Shown one piece after another: positions 50,401 to 62,882 of a stretch of DNA of 64,000 bases (position 1 is its first letter; every line of letters begins with the position of its first letter). The stretch lies in assembly GCA_030704615.1 (NCBI GenBank), contig CM060731.1:46686001-46750000 (forward strand), in the 5' to 3' direction. The stretch comes from Takakia lepidozioides. Its lineage: Eukaryota; Plantae; Bryophyta. A model generated the notes under the pieces. The model searched no databases, had not been told where the DNA came from, and worked only from the letters and a program-made list of their open reading frames with translations. Made by a program: the position numbers and the translations under genes.

Positions 50401-53400
50401 TTCTCAATGCTGAGCAGAATGAATTGAACAGTATGTTCCAGAGTGGGGTGAACAAGGGCACATTTGATTTGGTGAAATCCCAATCACAGGGTGATAATCT
50501 GCTGACGTGTGCCCATTTTAGGCCAAGTTTGAGGTACGTGTGCAGTGATGTAGTGGCAGTTCAGGGAATGAACACATCTGTATACCTGAGACAATCACTG
50601 TTTAGGAAGTTTTCCTGCAGTACTGGAGCCAACGTTGCTCTAGGCATTGCCTTTGAATGTAGCAGCTCCTGAGAAGAGACCAGGGATGGGGTAAAGTAGG
50701 TAAGCCCCAAATCTGACAGTGAAATCTGCAATGGGAGGTAGGTATGTGCTTGGTGCGCTAGAGAAGCAACAGATGCTGCCAGCAGTCGTCTGTTTCTTCC
50801 GACCTGAAAACTGCAATATGGGTCTGAGGGATGCTGCGGAGGTAATCCCTCATGTCCTCCTCTGGTGAATGTGCTGATTCCACTTTTCCTTTTGGATTTC
50901 TGTAACCTCCAAATGGGGCATTGATGCTAGAGGCATGACCTCTCTCCTTTTTGCTCGTCTTCTCATTTCTCTCCCTCTCTGACACCTTTTTTCCCTGCAT
51001 CCTCAATTGCCTTGCAACTGGAAGGACTATCCAGCTACTGTATTCTATACCGTCAGGGTTAGATGTATTGATATACTTGATCATTTGGTGAGGGCAACAG
51101 ATATTTCCAGCAGGGCTGCTGTCAGATGCCAAAGTGGCCTATGTGAGGGAGCGGCTTAACACACTACTGGGGAGTAATCCGGAGATAAGAACTTCGGTAA
51201 GTGGTTTCTTTCTCCTATTTACAACCAACTCGGAAGGTTTGGGATGGTCATTAAAAATTCACGTATTTCCTCCAGATAAGAAATGCTGCCAGTCTTACTC
51301 CTTCCTTCATTCTAACCAGGATGAAGAATCCTTTATGTTGGACTCCAAAGACGCAGTCATGTCCAGGATAGTGGAAAATATGATGATACTGCAGGCTTCA
51401 ATCAAATTCGAAAAAGAGGGCTCAGATTCTGGAGGAAGTGACATGAAAATAACCTTCTTGATAAGGAATGTGCAGATATGTTGGTTAATACTGGAAGAGC
51501 TTCTAATTTTCACCTCAAACTCTGGCAGATAAAGGAGAACGATGAATCACTGTTATTGCAAGGGATGGCAGCTCACCATGAGGGCCAACTGCCTGTGTGG
51601 CAGAATTTTATCAGGGGGTTACTTCAGGACAATTTGGTGACTATGCTCTCTTCCCCTTTTTCCTGTATGTGTCTGTTTCAACTCCAGTTCACCCCAATCT
51701 GTATGGCAAATAGATATAGCGCTGTTTCATTTAACTTTGGCTTCAATCATGAGACACACTTCGACTTATGTCTGGTATGGTTGCAGGTGAAACTGGTGTT
51801 CGCAACTGAAAAGATATTGAAGCATACTGATGTCTGTGTGCGCACTGTGATTCTCTCTTCGGTACGGAAGGACTCCCATGCTGGCAGCTCTGTACTGTCT
51901 AGCAGGTACTTTCTTGCTCACTATCCTTTGCACCGTTATTATGCCGCCTTGCAGTACGCATCTGCAATATGGGTTGATAACTCCAACCAGGCTAAGTCTC
52001 TAGAATGCATTCAAGTGGGGGTGCTTAAGGAGTGCATGTCAGCATGCTCCAAAACAGCCAACGTGGCTGTTCGGGTTGAGTTTTGCATTTCGTCCTTAAG
52101 CTCCTGACGAGATGAATTCAAGGTCAGATGGTGGGGTCAGCTGCAACATATGTCTAACATCAGATATCCTAAGTTAATTGACTATATATCTTGGAAGCAG
52201 GATTGCCCTGTCAAATTTGTTGATTTGTGAACTGTCTTCTCTTCTTTCTTGATTTCTTCAAAGCTTGTCTTGATGTTGTGTGTTGCTGCAGAGAGTTTTC
52301 ACAGCTGCAAGGCATCGCTGGCCGGAGAGGGCATGACACCAATGGCAGTTTGGTATGGTGCCTCTTCGAGATGGAGAGAGAGAGATTATTATATCTGCAG
52401 GAGTCTTAGGAGACAATTAGAATGTACTCATGCCGCTCGCTGTGAACGTTGGCTTGCGATAGCCTTACAGATATAGACCTGGGGAAACTAACCCTCCCGG
52501 AGCCTTTTGTGGGGTTCGTACCCACCAAGGTTTAGCTTATCCCCACAGCTCAGCTGCAGGTATAATGTTACCTTCCTGCAGCTGCTATTAAGGTGCTCAC
52601 AGAGGCATGTGTCCGCTTGCAAACTCGACAGCCCGGTTGCAGAGTTACTGATTTTAGTTTTATAGCCCTGTGTTTTCCACAGAGATGACATACATGGGGA
52701 AGGCATCTGCCGTCACTCTGGGTTGTGTCCAGGCGCAAGAGACAATAAGAGCATGTGCTCATAAGACGTTGTTTGGCGTAGCCTTGTGGCGATACCATGC
52801 CCAGTTTGAGCAGAACAAAAAGGAACAGAAACTACCTTTGTCAGGGGCTGACACTGGTAGTATGACTTACCTTGGAACAGACAATTGATCCAGTTTTCCA
52901 GATATCCTCTAGATATCCCTTTACACAAGCATCAATCTGCTGTGTGTGATTTGCCCAATAACTAGGCCCCAAAAGGGCCTGGGCTTTTGGCTCAGTCTCA
53001 AGCTTGTTAAAGCTGGTAAACATTGTACTCATAAGACTTGTTTGCCGTAGCCTTGTGGCCATTGACCCCGCGCCCAGTTTGAGCGGGAACAAAAGGGACA
53101 GAACCTACCTCTGTCAGGGGCTGACGTTGGTAGTAAGACTTACCTCCATATAAAGAATTAATCCGGGTTTTCCAGATATCCTCTAGAAATCCCTTCACAC
53201 AAGCATCAATCTGCTGTGTGTGATTTGCCCAAAAACTAGGCCTCAGGAGGGCCTGGGCTTTTGGCTCAGCCTCGAGACTTTCAAAGTTGGTAAACAGGGG
53301 TACAGGCACAATTCCCTTAATAGATTTGAAGAGAGCGTCTCTTTGGTGAGAGAACCCCGGACAGTGTATCAGAAAATGAATACTGTCTTCAGATTGCCCA

Positions 53401-56400
53401 CACAACGGGCAATTGCACTCTCCCTTTCCTCTCTGCTTCTGTTTGCTGTTCAAAGGTAGGCTTCCTGCCCTGAGTTTAAATTTCAGTCTAGTGCCGAGAG
53501 TGGGTAGACCCTTGAGGTCATCCAAGATGTCCTCCCCCATGTCACAGACTGGAAACAAGTTCAGGGAAGTTTTCTGCCTAACTTCATTTTCATCAGACAA
53601 TCTCATGGCAACAGACATGGCTGAGGACACTACAGCCTCTAAGTCAGATTTATCCAGCAGGGTCAAGACTTGCGGATCCAGGTCCAGGTCCTTGAGGATC
53701 TCTTCTACTCTCTTCTGCCAGGACTTAGCCTGTTTGACAGGGCGGTCCTGTTTCCAAGATATAGAGTCGATTAATTTAGGATATCTGGTGTTGGGCATAT
53801 GTTGCAGCTGACCCCACCATCTGACCTTGAATTCATCTCGTCGGGAGCTTAAGGACGGAATGCCAAACTCACCCCGAACAGCCACATTGGCTGTTTTGGA
53901 GCATGCTGACATACACTCCTTAAGCACCCCCACTTGAATGGATTCTAGAGACTTAGCCTGGTTGGAGTTATCAACCCATATAGCAGATCCGTACTCCAAG
54001 GCAGGTCTAATAACGCGACAAAGCATGGTTTTCTTAACCTCAGAGTTGACCCCTCTGCAGTGGAAAAATTTAGTGAGCCCCAGAGCTTTGCCCTTGCCAG
54101 TTTGAACAACTTTCCGGATATGTGCATCCCAATTACAATTGGAGGAGAACTCAACGCCCAGGTAAGTGTAGGAAGGGAGGACCGGGATCTCTTGGCTACC
54201 CCACTGCCACTTAAGATCAATCCCTCTCCTCTGTCGTTGAATGCTACCACTGCACATTTGCTGACATTAGCCTCTAGCCCCCAAAGATCAAAGTATCTCT
54301 TCGCGCAATCAATCAACTCCTGGAGATTGGTTGGAGTCTCCCCTATGCCTGCGAAGTCATCCGCAAACATAAGGGCTGGTATGGTGGTATCACCCACCCT
54401 TAACCCAAATCCCTCACTTTCCACATCCTCGAGGAGTTGATTGATGAAAACATTGAAGAGCAGAGGGGAGAGAGTACATCCTTGAGCTACACCTTGGTCT
54501 ATGTCAAAGAAGTTGGACTTCTGTCCGTTAACAGTGACACAGCTTTTGGTGTGAGCATACAAGTTGTGGACAACTCTCCACATCTTTCCCTTGATCCCAC
54601 AAGACCAGAGGCGGAACCATAGGCCATCTCTCCACACTGTGTCATAAGCCTTTTTGACATCCAGGAAAAAGACATAAGTGGGTTTCCCTTCTTTTTCCTT
54701 CCCTGGATAATCTGGCTTAGAGTGAAGATATGATCCACACAGCCCCTGTTTCGCCGAAAGCCAGCTTGGCCTTCGTGGAAACAACCTCTAGACTCCAGAT
54801 CAACCTCGAGACGAGTACTTATAACTCTGCAGAATGTCTTGCCAACAGCATTGAGGAGCGTGATGCCACGGTAGTTCCCCGGTTCTTCTCTGTCACCCTT
54901 CTTGTATAGATTGACAATGACCCCCTGTCGCCAGCGAAAGGGGATCATTTCAGTCTTCCAGATAAGGTTAAAGAGGAGAACTAGGGCCTCTATCATGGGA
55001 TCGCCACCGTGCTTGATAAGCTCGTTGACAATACCATCAGGTCCACCAGCTTTATATCCATTTAAATGTTCAATTGCTTCCACAATCTCAGAAGAACTAA
55101 TGGGAGCATTATAAGCCATTGAAATATACTCCAGTTCATCAGGGCTGTTTTGAATCATAGGAACAGTTTTTCCAACTGTGTCCCTCCATTCAGCAGAAGA
55201 CCCCTCACTGTTAGACCTAGAAGTTCTGCCAAGGATACTGTAGTGAGTTTCAAAGGTTTTGACAATGTCAACCGATGAAGTCACCACTGCACCTTTAGTA
55301 GTCTTCAGCGCTTGTACTTGCTGACCGTTTTTCGGTTTGTACAAACGTTGAAGGGCCAACCAGAATTTCTTGTCATTACCACCATGGTGGTTTGAGTTTA
55401 TTTCACTGTATAACTTGTCCCAGTATAATTTCTTCTGAGACCTAACAAGCTGATTGATATCTTTACGGAGCTGGTAGTACCTCGCCCACAATTCTCTGTT
55501 GGTTTCCAAATTGCAGCACTCTTTATAGAGGGCTCGTCTCTCAGCTATCTTGAGTTTAATCTCATTAGTCCACCAATTAACTGCTCTACCGCAGACAATT
55601 AGTTTCCTCCCAATGATCTTGTCAGCCACGGAGGAAACGAAACTCTCCAAGAGTCCACTGCTCTTTCGACTTCATTTCTTGCGTTAACAGAGCGTGACTG
55701 AAGTTCTTGGAGCGATTGGACAAAATGAGGGAGAGCCTCTTGCAAGGCCTGGACGTACTCAGCCTTGACCTCCTCATTGTGGAATTTTTCTATGCGCCAC
55801 TTCCGAATCGAACGTTTCACAGATCTCTTGGTGGTGGGAAAACACCTTTTGATCTCAGTCCAAACCAGGAAGTGGTCAGAGGTACCAATATCAGTTCTGT
55901 CGATCAACACATTGGCACACTGGGGAACAAAATTTTGTCCATTATGATATAGTCCACAATGGAACGTTCCCCAGTTTGGGGTTTCTCACGAGTCCACTGC
56001 ACTTGGTCACCTCTTGTCCTGTTATTCAAGGTCAAAAGCTGAAGCTCTTCTAGACAGTTAATTAACCGTCTGCCATTAGAATTCAGCTCGTCCTCACCAA
56101 AAGGTCCAATGATATCGTCCTGATGGATCCCTTTGCCCACCCGGGCATTGAAGTCCCCCAATAGTACCACCTGACCTTTGGCAAGGAACGAAGCACAGTC
56201 CAGCTTTACATCTTCGAAGGCCTTGTCTGCGTCAGCACTAAGGGTCCCCTCTGTGGGCATGTAAACACAACCAACAAAGAGGTCCTTTGTACTCATGCCG
56301 CCCTTCAAATTCAGTTTTAGCCAGATACTATGCTCGTACCTCAAACCCTTGTTGATAATTTCACAACTGTCAAACTAGAAATCACGGACAAAGAATCCGA

Positions 56401-59400
56401 CCCCTTTTTGACCGCGTTTGGCAGAGGCTGCCTTGAGAGTACACATCTTACCTGCCCATTTATAACCAATGACATCTCCAACCAGTTTATCCGACGTTTC
56501 CCATGTTTCTTGCCCAGCACAGATATGAATATCATTAGTCCGAAGAACTTGTCCCACTTCAAGTTGTTTCCTTTGGTTGGTCAACCCTGAGAAGTTGAAA
56601 GTGGCCAGCCGCAAGCCAGCCCTTTGCGTGTGAATTGTTTGTCGTCTAGGTAGCTTGTGATTGCTCCTGGACTTCCAATCGTTCTGCAAAGGGGGGACAG
56701 TTACCCCATGTGTAGATTTTGCTCGTCTTGTGTAAACTTTGAGAATTGGTAAACCATTCAGGGTACCAAATCTTTCAGTTACACGACGCACAGGCTCCGC
56801 ACACATAGGGGCAGATTGTCCGTCAGACTGCTTGGGGACAATTACCCCGTGTATAGATTTTGCTCGTCTTGTGTAGACTTTGAGGATTGGTAAACCATTT
56901 AGAGTACCAAATCCTTCAGTTACACGACGTTCAGGCTCTGCACACTTAGGGACAGATTGTCCATCTGACGGCTTGGGGACAATTACCCCGTGTATAGAAT
57001 TTGTTCGTCTTGTGTAAACCTTGAGGATTGGTAAACCATTCAGAGTACCAAATCCTTCAGATTCAGGACGTTCAGGTTCCGTACACTTAGGGGCATCTTG
57101 TCCTTCTGGCTGTTTGGATTCAACCTCATCCAGAGCATCAAACCGATTAGAAACTCTCAAGTTGAAGTTGTTGCCCTTGGTTGTCTTCCTAGAGCGCTAA
57201 TCACCAATGTCTAAGACCGCTCTCCAGCCAGTCAAGGGACGAACTTCTTTGAGATTGAATTGATGCGGGACTCTATTAGAAGCACTTTTGGTCATTGCAA
57301 CCTTCAACGTACCCCTGTTATCAAGTCTCGAGATGGTACCATTAGCCATGAAATCCAAGCCTAAGCTAGAGCATGTAGTTTTAAAGGACACATCGTCCAT
57401 CCTGGGATTCACCCCAAAAACTACACATGAAGCCCTAGATTTGGCATAAGTAACCAATTCCCAGGGATCACCCTGAGGAGTGTTGATGTTGATAGGAGCT
57501 AAATTTTTGATTTTTTTCGCAGGCCATAAGTTTAAGCACAGGAACCAACCCGAGCCCAAGTGCCGAGTATGCTAGACAGAGCATACGACTGCCCAATTTG
57601 GGCGGAGGGGCTGCCCCCAAGCGGTAGGAGTCCGCTTGTTACCATTCAGAGATCACACTCCAGGGAGTTGCAGGGAATGGCCTGTGTAGGCATATTCTAA
57701 AGAGGGAAAGGCCCCAAGCTTTCCAACTAAATCCAATGCACTACCTTACCTGAAGCAAAGCGCTTCAGGTCGAAACAAACAAGGACACGAGGTCACAAGG
57801 CCGGCATTTAGTCACAGAGACATTAATGTACTCCCGTTTCAAGTCCACCCAATGTCAATAGGCTTCCTAGAGGACAGGGAGAAAAAGCTGGTAAACAGAG
57901 GAACAGGAACACATCCCTTGATGGATTTGAAGAGGGCATCTCTGTGGCGACAGTACCCAGGATAATGAATCAGAAAATGGATATGGTCTTCAGATTGCCC
58001 ACACAACGGCCATTTACGATCCCCCTTTCCTCTCTGCATCTGTTTGCTGTTCAGAGGTAGGCTTCCCGCCCTAAGTTTCAATTTCAGTCTAGTGCCGAGA
58101 GCGGGTAAACGCTTGAGGTCATCCATGATGGCCTCCCCCATGTCACAGTCTGGAAGGTAAGTTTTCTGCCTAACTTCATTTTCATCAGACAATTTCCTGG
58201 CAACAGACATGGCTTTGGACACTACAGCCTCTAAGTCAGATTTATTGAGCAGAGTCAAGACTTGCGGGCTTGGATTCAATCCTTGAATTTCTCTTCTACC
58301 CTCGTCCACCAGGACTTGGCCTGTTTGACAGGGCAATCCTGCTTCCAAGCTATAGAGTCAACGTAGGATATCTTGTTGGAGTGTCAAGGTTATAGCCCTT
58401 GCACGGCACTTTGAGAACAGAATGGGACGGGTAGCTCAGTGGTAGAGCACCCCACCGGAATGGGGGAGGTCCTAGGTTCAATCCCTAGCCCGACCACACG
58501 CCAGTGGTTTTCCAACATGGTATCAGAGCCAAGGTTGGGGCGGTGGTCAGAATGGGTGGGCATCAGCTATAAGGGCTATGCCTTGAGGGGGAGTGTTGGA
58601 GGTGTCAAGGCTATAGCCCTTGCACGGCACTGAGAACCGAAAGGGACGGGTAGCTCAGTGGTAGAGCACCCCACCGGAATGGGGGAGGTCCTAGGTTCAA
58701 TCCCTAGCCCGACTACACGCCAGTGGTTTTCCAACATATCTGATATTAGTCATACATGGCATCTGACCCCACGATCTGACCTTGAATTCATCTCGTCCAG
58801 AGCTTAATGGAGGGATGCCAAACTCACCCCGAACAGCCACATTAGCAGTTCTGGAGCATACTGACATGCACTCCTTGAGCACCCTCATTTGAATGGATAC
58901 AAGAGACTTAGCCTGGTTGGAGTTGTCAACCCAAACAGCAGATGCGTACTCCAAGGCAGGCCAATAACGCAGCGAAGCATGGATTTTTTGACTTTAGAGT
59001 CGATCCTTCTGCAGTGGGAAAATGTAGTGAGATCCAACACTTTGTGCTTGCCAGATTGAATAACTTTTTGAATATGCGCATCCCAATTACAGTTGGAGGA
59101 AAACTCAACGCCAAGGTATGTGATTGGCTTCCCCACTGCCACTTGAGGTCGCCTCCTCCCTCCCCTCAATCGTTGAATGCCACCACTGCGCATTTACTTA
59201 CGTTAGCTTGTAGGCTGTCAAAGTATCTCTTCGCGCAATCAATCAACTTAGAAGATGTAAATCTGAAAGGTCAGGTGTCCAGAAACCTGTCTAACATGTA
59301 GGGATTCGAGAAGACGTGTCCTCAGGCCAAAGTTCCCTTTACTTCCAGAAATTCAGGTTTTTCTCCCTACTTCCTTTTAGTAAAGGAAAGGACGAGATTT

Positions 59401-62400
59401 TGAACAACCAAGGATTTAGAGAATGTACTCATAAGACGTTGTTTGCCGTAGCCTTGGGGCCATTGAGTCCGCACCCAGTTTCAGCGGAACACAAAGGACA
59501 GAAAATAGCTTTGTCAGGGGATGATGCCGGTAGTATGATTTACCTTGGAACAGACAATTGATCAGGGTTTTCCAGGTATCCACTAGAAATCCCTACACAA
59601 GCATCAATCTGCTGTGTGTGATTTGCCCAATAACTATACCCCAAAAGGGCCTGGGCTTTGGGCTCAGCCTCGAGATTTGCAAAGTTGGTAAACCAAGGAT
59701 TTAGAGATTGTACTCATAAGACGTTGTTTGCCGTAGCCTTGTGGCCATTGACCCCGCGCCCAGTTTGAGCGGGAACAAAAGGGACAGAACCTACCTCTGT
59801 CAGGGGCTGACGTTGGTAGTAAGACTTACCTCCATATAAAGAATTAATCCGGGTTTTCCAGATATCCTCTAGAAATCCCTTCACACAAGCATCAATCTGC
59901 TGTGTGTGATTTGCCCAAAAACTAGGCCTCAGGAGGGCCTGGGCTCTTGGCTCAGCCTCGAGACTTTCAAAGTTGGTAAACAGGGGTACAGGCACAATTC
60001 CCTTAATAGATTTGAAGAGAGCGTCTCTTTGGTGAGAGAACCCCGGACAGTGTATCAGAAAATGAATACTGTCTTCAGATTGCCCACACAACGGGCAATT
60101 GCACTCTCCCTTTCCTCTCTGCTTCTGTTTGCTGTTCAAAGGTAGGCTTCCTGCCCTGAGTTTAAATTTCAGTCTAGTGCCGAGAGTGGGTAGACCCTTG
60201 AGGTCATCCAAGATGTCCTCCCCCATGTCACAGACTGGAAACAAGTTCAGGGAAGTTTTCTGCCTAACTTCATTTTCATCAGACAATCTCATGGCAACAG
60301 ACATGGCTGAGGACACTACAGCCTCTATTTAGAGAGAGAGAGAGAGAGAGATGAAATGAAATGAAATGGTACTGTATAACGTCCGCGGAAAGCTCAAAGA
60401 GCTTATGGGACAAAAGGGAAAACAAGAAAGAAGAGACAGAACCTCAGCCAATAGAGAAATGAAATGAAATGGTACTTTATAACGTCCACGGAAAGCTCAA
60501 AGAGCTTATGGGACAAAATGGGAAAAAACATGAGAGAGGAAACAAAACCAGAGCCAAAAAAGAACTACTGTTCAAGGGATTGAGAGGGAGAGAGCGAGGG
60601 AGAGACCATGCAAATCACTGCTGGGACAATCAAGAGACCTTCCCTCCAAAGGGAGTACCCCTAAATAGGGATAGGCACTGTCTACTTGCATCTAACCACT
60701 CAGTTATATATGTACGGACATGCACTTGTATTTTATGTTCTGCATGTGAATGTTCTCAGGAGGCAGTGGATGCATTCAATGCAGGTGTTTCTCAAAAGTC
60801 TGCAAAGTGGCCCCAAAGATGCAGCAAGGCTGGTGCTTGAGAGCTCCCCTTCTATCTTCTCTGTTTTTAGCCCATCCTACAGTTTGCTGCTTATGCTCCT
60901 CTCCAAGCATAGCCTTCCTAAGGTAATCCAATCAGTCATATTATACTGAGCAATGTGTTTTGGGATCAGTCTTGTATCTAATCATGTAAAGTGACACAGT
61001 TAGCTGCTGAGTCACTGAAACCAACTGGCTGCTTGTATGTGCTCTTTTCAGGTTAAGGAAATACTCGAAAGGAGCTTCTCGGAACACATTCTAAGGGACA
61101 AATGTGCCATGGTATGGCTGCTAGAGATCTCTTTGCCTTACACACTACTCTAACATCATTCAGGTTCTCTTCCATTTATTTTCAGTTGATCAAGAAGGGT
61201 CCACGATGTTGGAAAACCACTGGCGTGTGGTCGGGCTAGGGATTGAACCTAGGACCTCCCCCATTCCGGTGGGGTGCTCTACCATTGAGCTACCCGTCCC
61301 TTTCTGTTCTCAGAGTGCCGTGCAAGGGCTATAGCCTTGACACCTCCAACACTCCCCCTCAAGGCATAGCCCTTATAGCTGATGCCTACCCATTCTGACC
61401 ACCGCCCCAACCTTGGCTCTGATACCATGTTGGAAAACCACTGGCGTGTGGTCGGGCTAGGGATTGAACCTAGGACCTCCCCCATTCCGGTGGGGTGCTC
61501 TACCATTGAGCTACCCGTCCCTTTCTGTTCTCAGAGTGGGCTATAGCCTTGACACCTCCAACACACGAGACTTCAGAGAATACCCTGTGCTCAGAATGGG
61601 GAGGAAACTTTCTTTCTTTCTTTCTTTCATAGTTCTTTTCTCTGACTCTGGTTTTCCTATTTTCTCTCATGTTCTTCCTTCCATTTTGTCCCATAAGCTC
61701 TATGAGCTTTCCGCGGACGTTATAAAGCACCATTTCATTTCGTTTTCTTTCTTTCTTTCTTCTTTCTGCCCTGGTCAGATTGACAAAGGGTAAGGCAGCT
61801 TCCTTCCGCCTTCAGGCCAAATGCAAACAGATACGTCTGTGCCCCCCCCCCAACCAAAAAGTGGCTATTTGACAGTGTTGTCACCCCGGCTGCCCCTTAT
61901 GCTTGTGAGTTCTGGCACCTGGTGTCCCAGCTTCCTGGTGGGATAATAATCTGGAACCATTGTAGTCAATCTTGTCTCCAAGCAATGCTTGGCACCAGAG
62001 GGACAACTCCATCTCATATCCTAGGTGCAGAGTTCGCATGCGTGCCACTTCAAACAGAGGCCCTCTTCCAGCTTACAATCTTTCTTCATAGGTTACAAGC
62101 CCTTCCACCCAAGGGGCTCGTGGTATCTTCGCATAGAGACTGGCAGATGGGAAAACTGCAACGGGAGGACCGCCTATGTCCAGCTTGCACAGGACGCAAC
62201 CGGGAAATTGAAACTGAAGAACACTTCCCCTATTGCCCTCTATACTACGAAATCCGTGGGAGATTCCACGGGAGATTCCGCGGACCCAATCTCTTAAGTC
62301 TTCCACTATGAGGATCAGAAATGCTTGGCAACTCGCCTGCACGAGGCCTTCACCCTTAGACAATCACTCGAGCAATAGTTTATTTTTGGCTTTGGATTTT

Positions 62401-62882
62401 TGTTTCCTCTCATGTTTCTGCCATTTTGTCCCATAAGCTCTATGAGCTTTCCGTGGACGTTATACAGTACCATTTCATTTCATTTCATTTCTTAATTAAT
62501 TTAAGATCCTACCACAGCTTTGGCTCAGGAAGTATACAATCGGATGAACAGAGGCGCCCTATGTTTCCCCCTCTTGGGGTTTACCCTTGCACTAGTGCGA
62601 ACAGTTTTCTTTGGATGAGTCCGTCTGCTGTATCTTCTTCTTGAGAAGGACAAATGAATCCAAACAACACCTTTTGCATGACACTGCACTTCTTGGATCA
62701 AGACAAAAATGTTTCTCCAAAGCATCCTGAAGAATCCTTGTGTGCTCCTGCTATTGTTGAAACATTCAACCAAAATTCTTACCATACCCATTGTGCAGGG
62801 AAAAATGAAGGAAGAGCAGCTGGAAAGAAAACTGAGCCAGTGCCGGAAACAGAGGCAGGATCTGGAGCACAAACTATCTCAG
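38487..62882 (+). CDS. Host gene: FYR (FYRN/FYRC) domain fused to a Ski2/ISE2-like DExH helicase with degenerate catalytic motifs; multi-exon, may extend past 62882
   Basis: In-phase GT-AG exons at 39626-39798, 40423-40534, 40714-41229, 41367-42360, 42537-42647 (AATGAGKS), 43236-43301, 44359-44604, 45309-45410, 45690-45744, 50389-~50490, ~51528-51635 (GMAAHHEGQLPVW), ~51787-51905 (VKLVFATE), ~52291 (QLQGIAGRRG) and ~61051-61110. Confidence 0.82.
46030..50215 (-). mobile_element. Degenerate near-full-length LINE (APE endonuclease + RT, RTEX-like), intronic
   Basis: GTFNFSGL, LLGDFNARVG, SIVDYII, SDHFLVW, GVAQGCTLSPLLFNVFI. Collinear with 53023-57883. Confidence 0.9.
51945..52215 (+). mobile_element. 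Internal fragment of the same LINE family in opposite orientation
   Basis: ALQYASAIWVDNSNQAKSLECIQVGVLKECMSACSKTANVAVR. Confidence 0.85.
53023..57883 (-). mobile_element. Full-length LINE (RTEX-like): ORF1-like region, APE endonuclease, RT, C-terminal CCHC finger; 14-bp TSD
   Basis: TSD AAAGCTGGTAAACA at 53009-53022 and 57884-57897. RT motifs NYRGITLL, QAGFR, LMFADD and YLGV, and finger CPLCGQSEDSIHFLIHC. Single-base frameshifts. Confidence 0.93.
58374..58736 (+). mobile_element. TRIM with tRNA-like sequence in its LTRs
   Basis: LTRs 58374-58517 and 58594-58736 (TGTTGG...CCAACA), PBS TGGTATCAGAGCC (iMet), PPT TTGAGGGGGAG, TSD TATCT. Confidence 0.95.
59423..59690 (-). mobile_element. 5'-truncated LINE 3' end with TSD
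   Basis: AACCAAGGATTTAGAGA duplicated at ~59406-59422 and ~59691-59707. Confidence 0.8.
59708..60325 (-). mobile_element. 5'-truncated LINE copy nearly identical to the 3' end of 53023-57883
   Basis: ORF 59714-60316 is almost identical to the C-terminus of ORF 53007-54257. Confidence 0.9.
60350..60560 (-). mobile_element. Tandem short 3'-end fragments of a second LINE/SINE family with (CATTT)n tail
   Basis: ATGAAATGAAATGGTACT(T/G)TATAACGTCC.CGGAAAGCTC at 60350 and 60458. Related copies at ~45915 and (inverted) 61680-61745 and 62420-62490. Confidence 0.75.
61207..61563 (-). mobile_element. Second TRIM copy with tRNA-like LTRs
   Basis: LTRs 61207-61351 and 61428-61563, PBS at ~61415-61427, PPT at 61352-61362, TSD CACGA (61202-61206, 61564-61568). 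Confidence 0.95.
61970..62490 (+). mobile_element. 3' fragment of a second LINE family ending in (CATTT)n
   Basis: AMLGTRGTTPSHILGAEF...LRIETGRW...REDRLCPAC...ETEEHF..CPLYYEIR followed by a CATTT tail. Confidence 0.8.

Larger units (their letters stand above)
52752..59250 (-). mobile_element. Older LINE copy interrupted by a full-length sibling (53023-57883) and a TRIM (58374-58736)
   Basis: The 3' end at 52752-53022 continues seamlessly at 57884, and again at 58737 after the TRIM. Confidence 0.85.

Noticed and set aside
58423-58496. Genuine tRNA genes (also ~58643-58715 and two copies in 61207-61563)
   Set aside because: The anticodon loop is only 6 nt, the acceptor stem has a mismatch, and all copies lie inside TRIM LTRs bounded by PBS, PPT and TSD.
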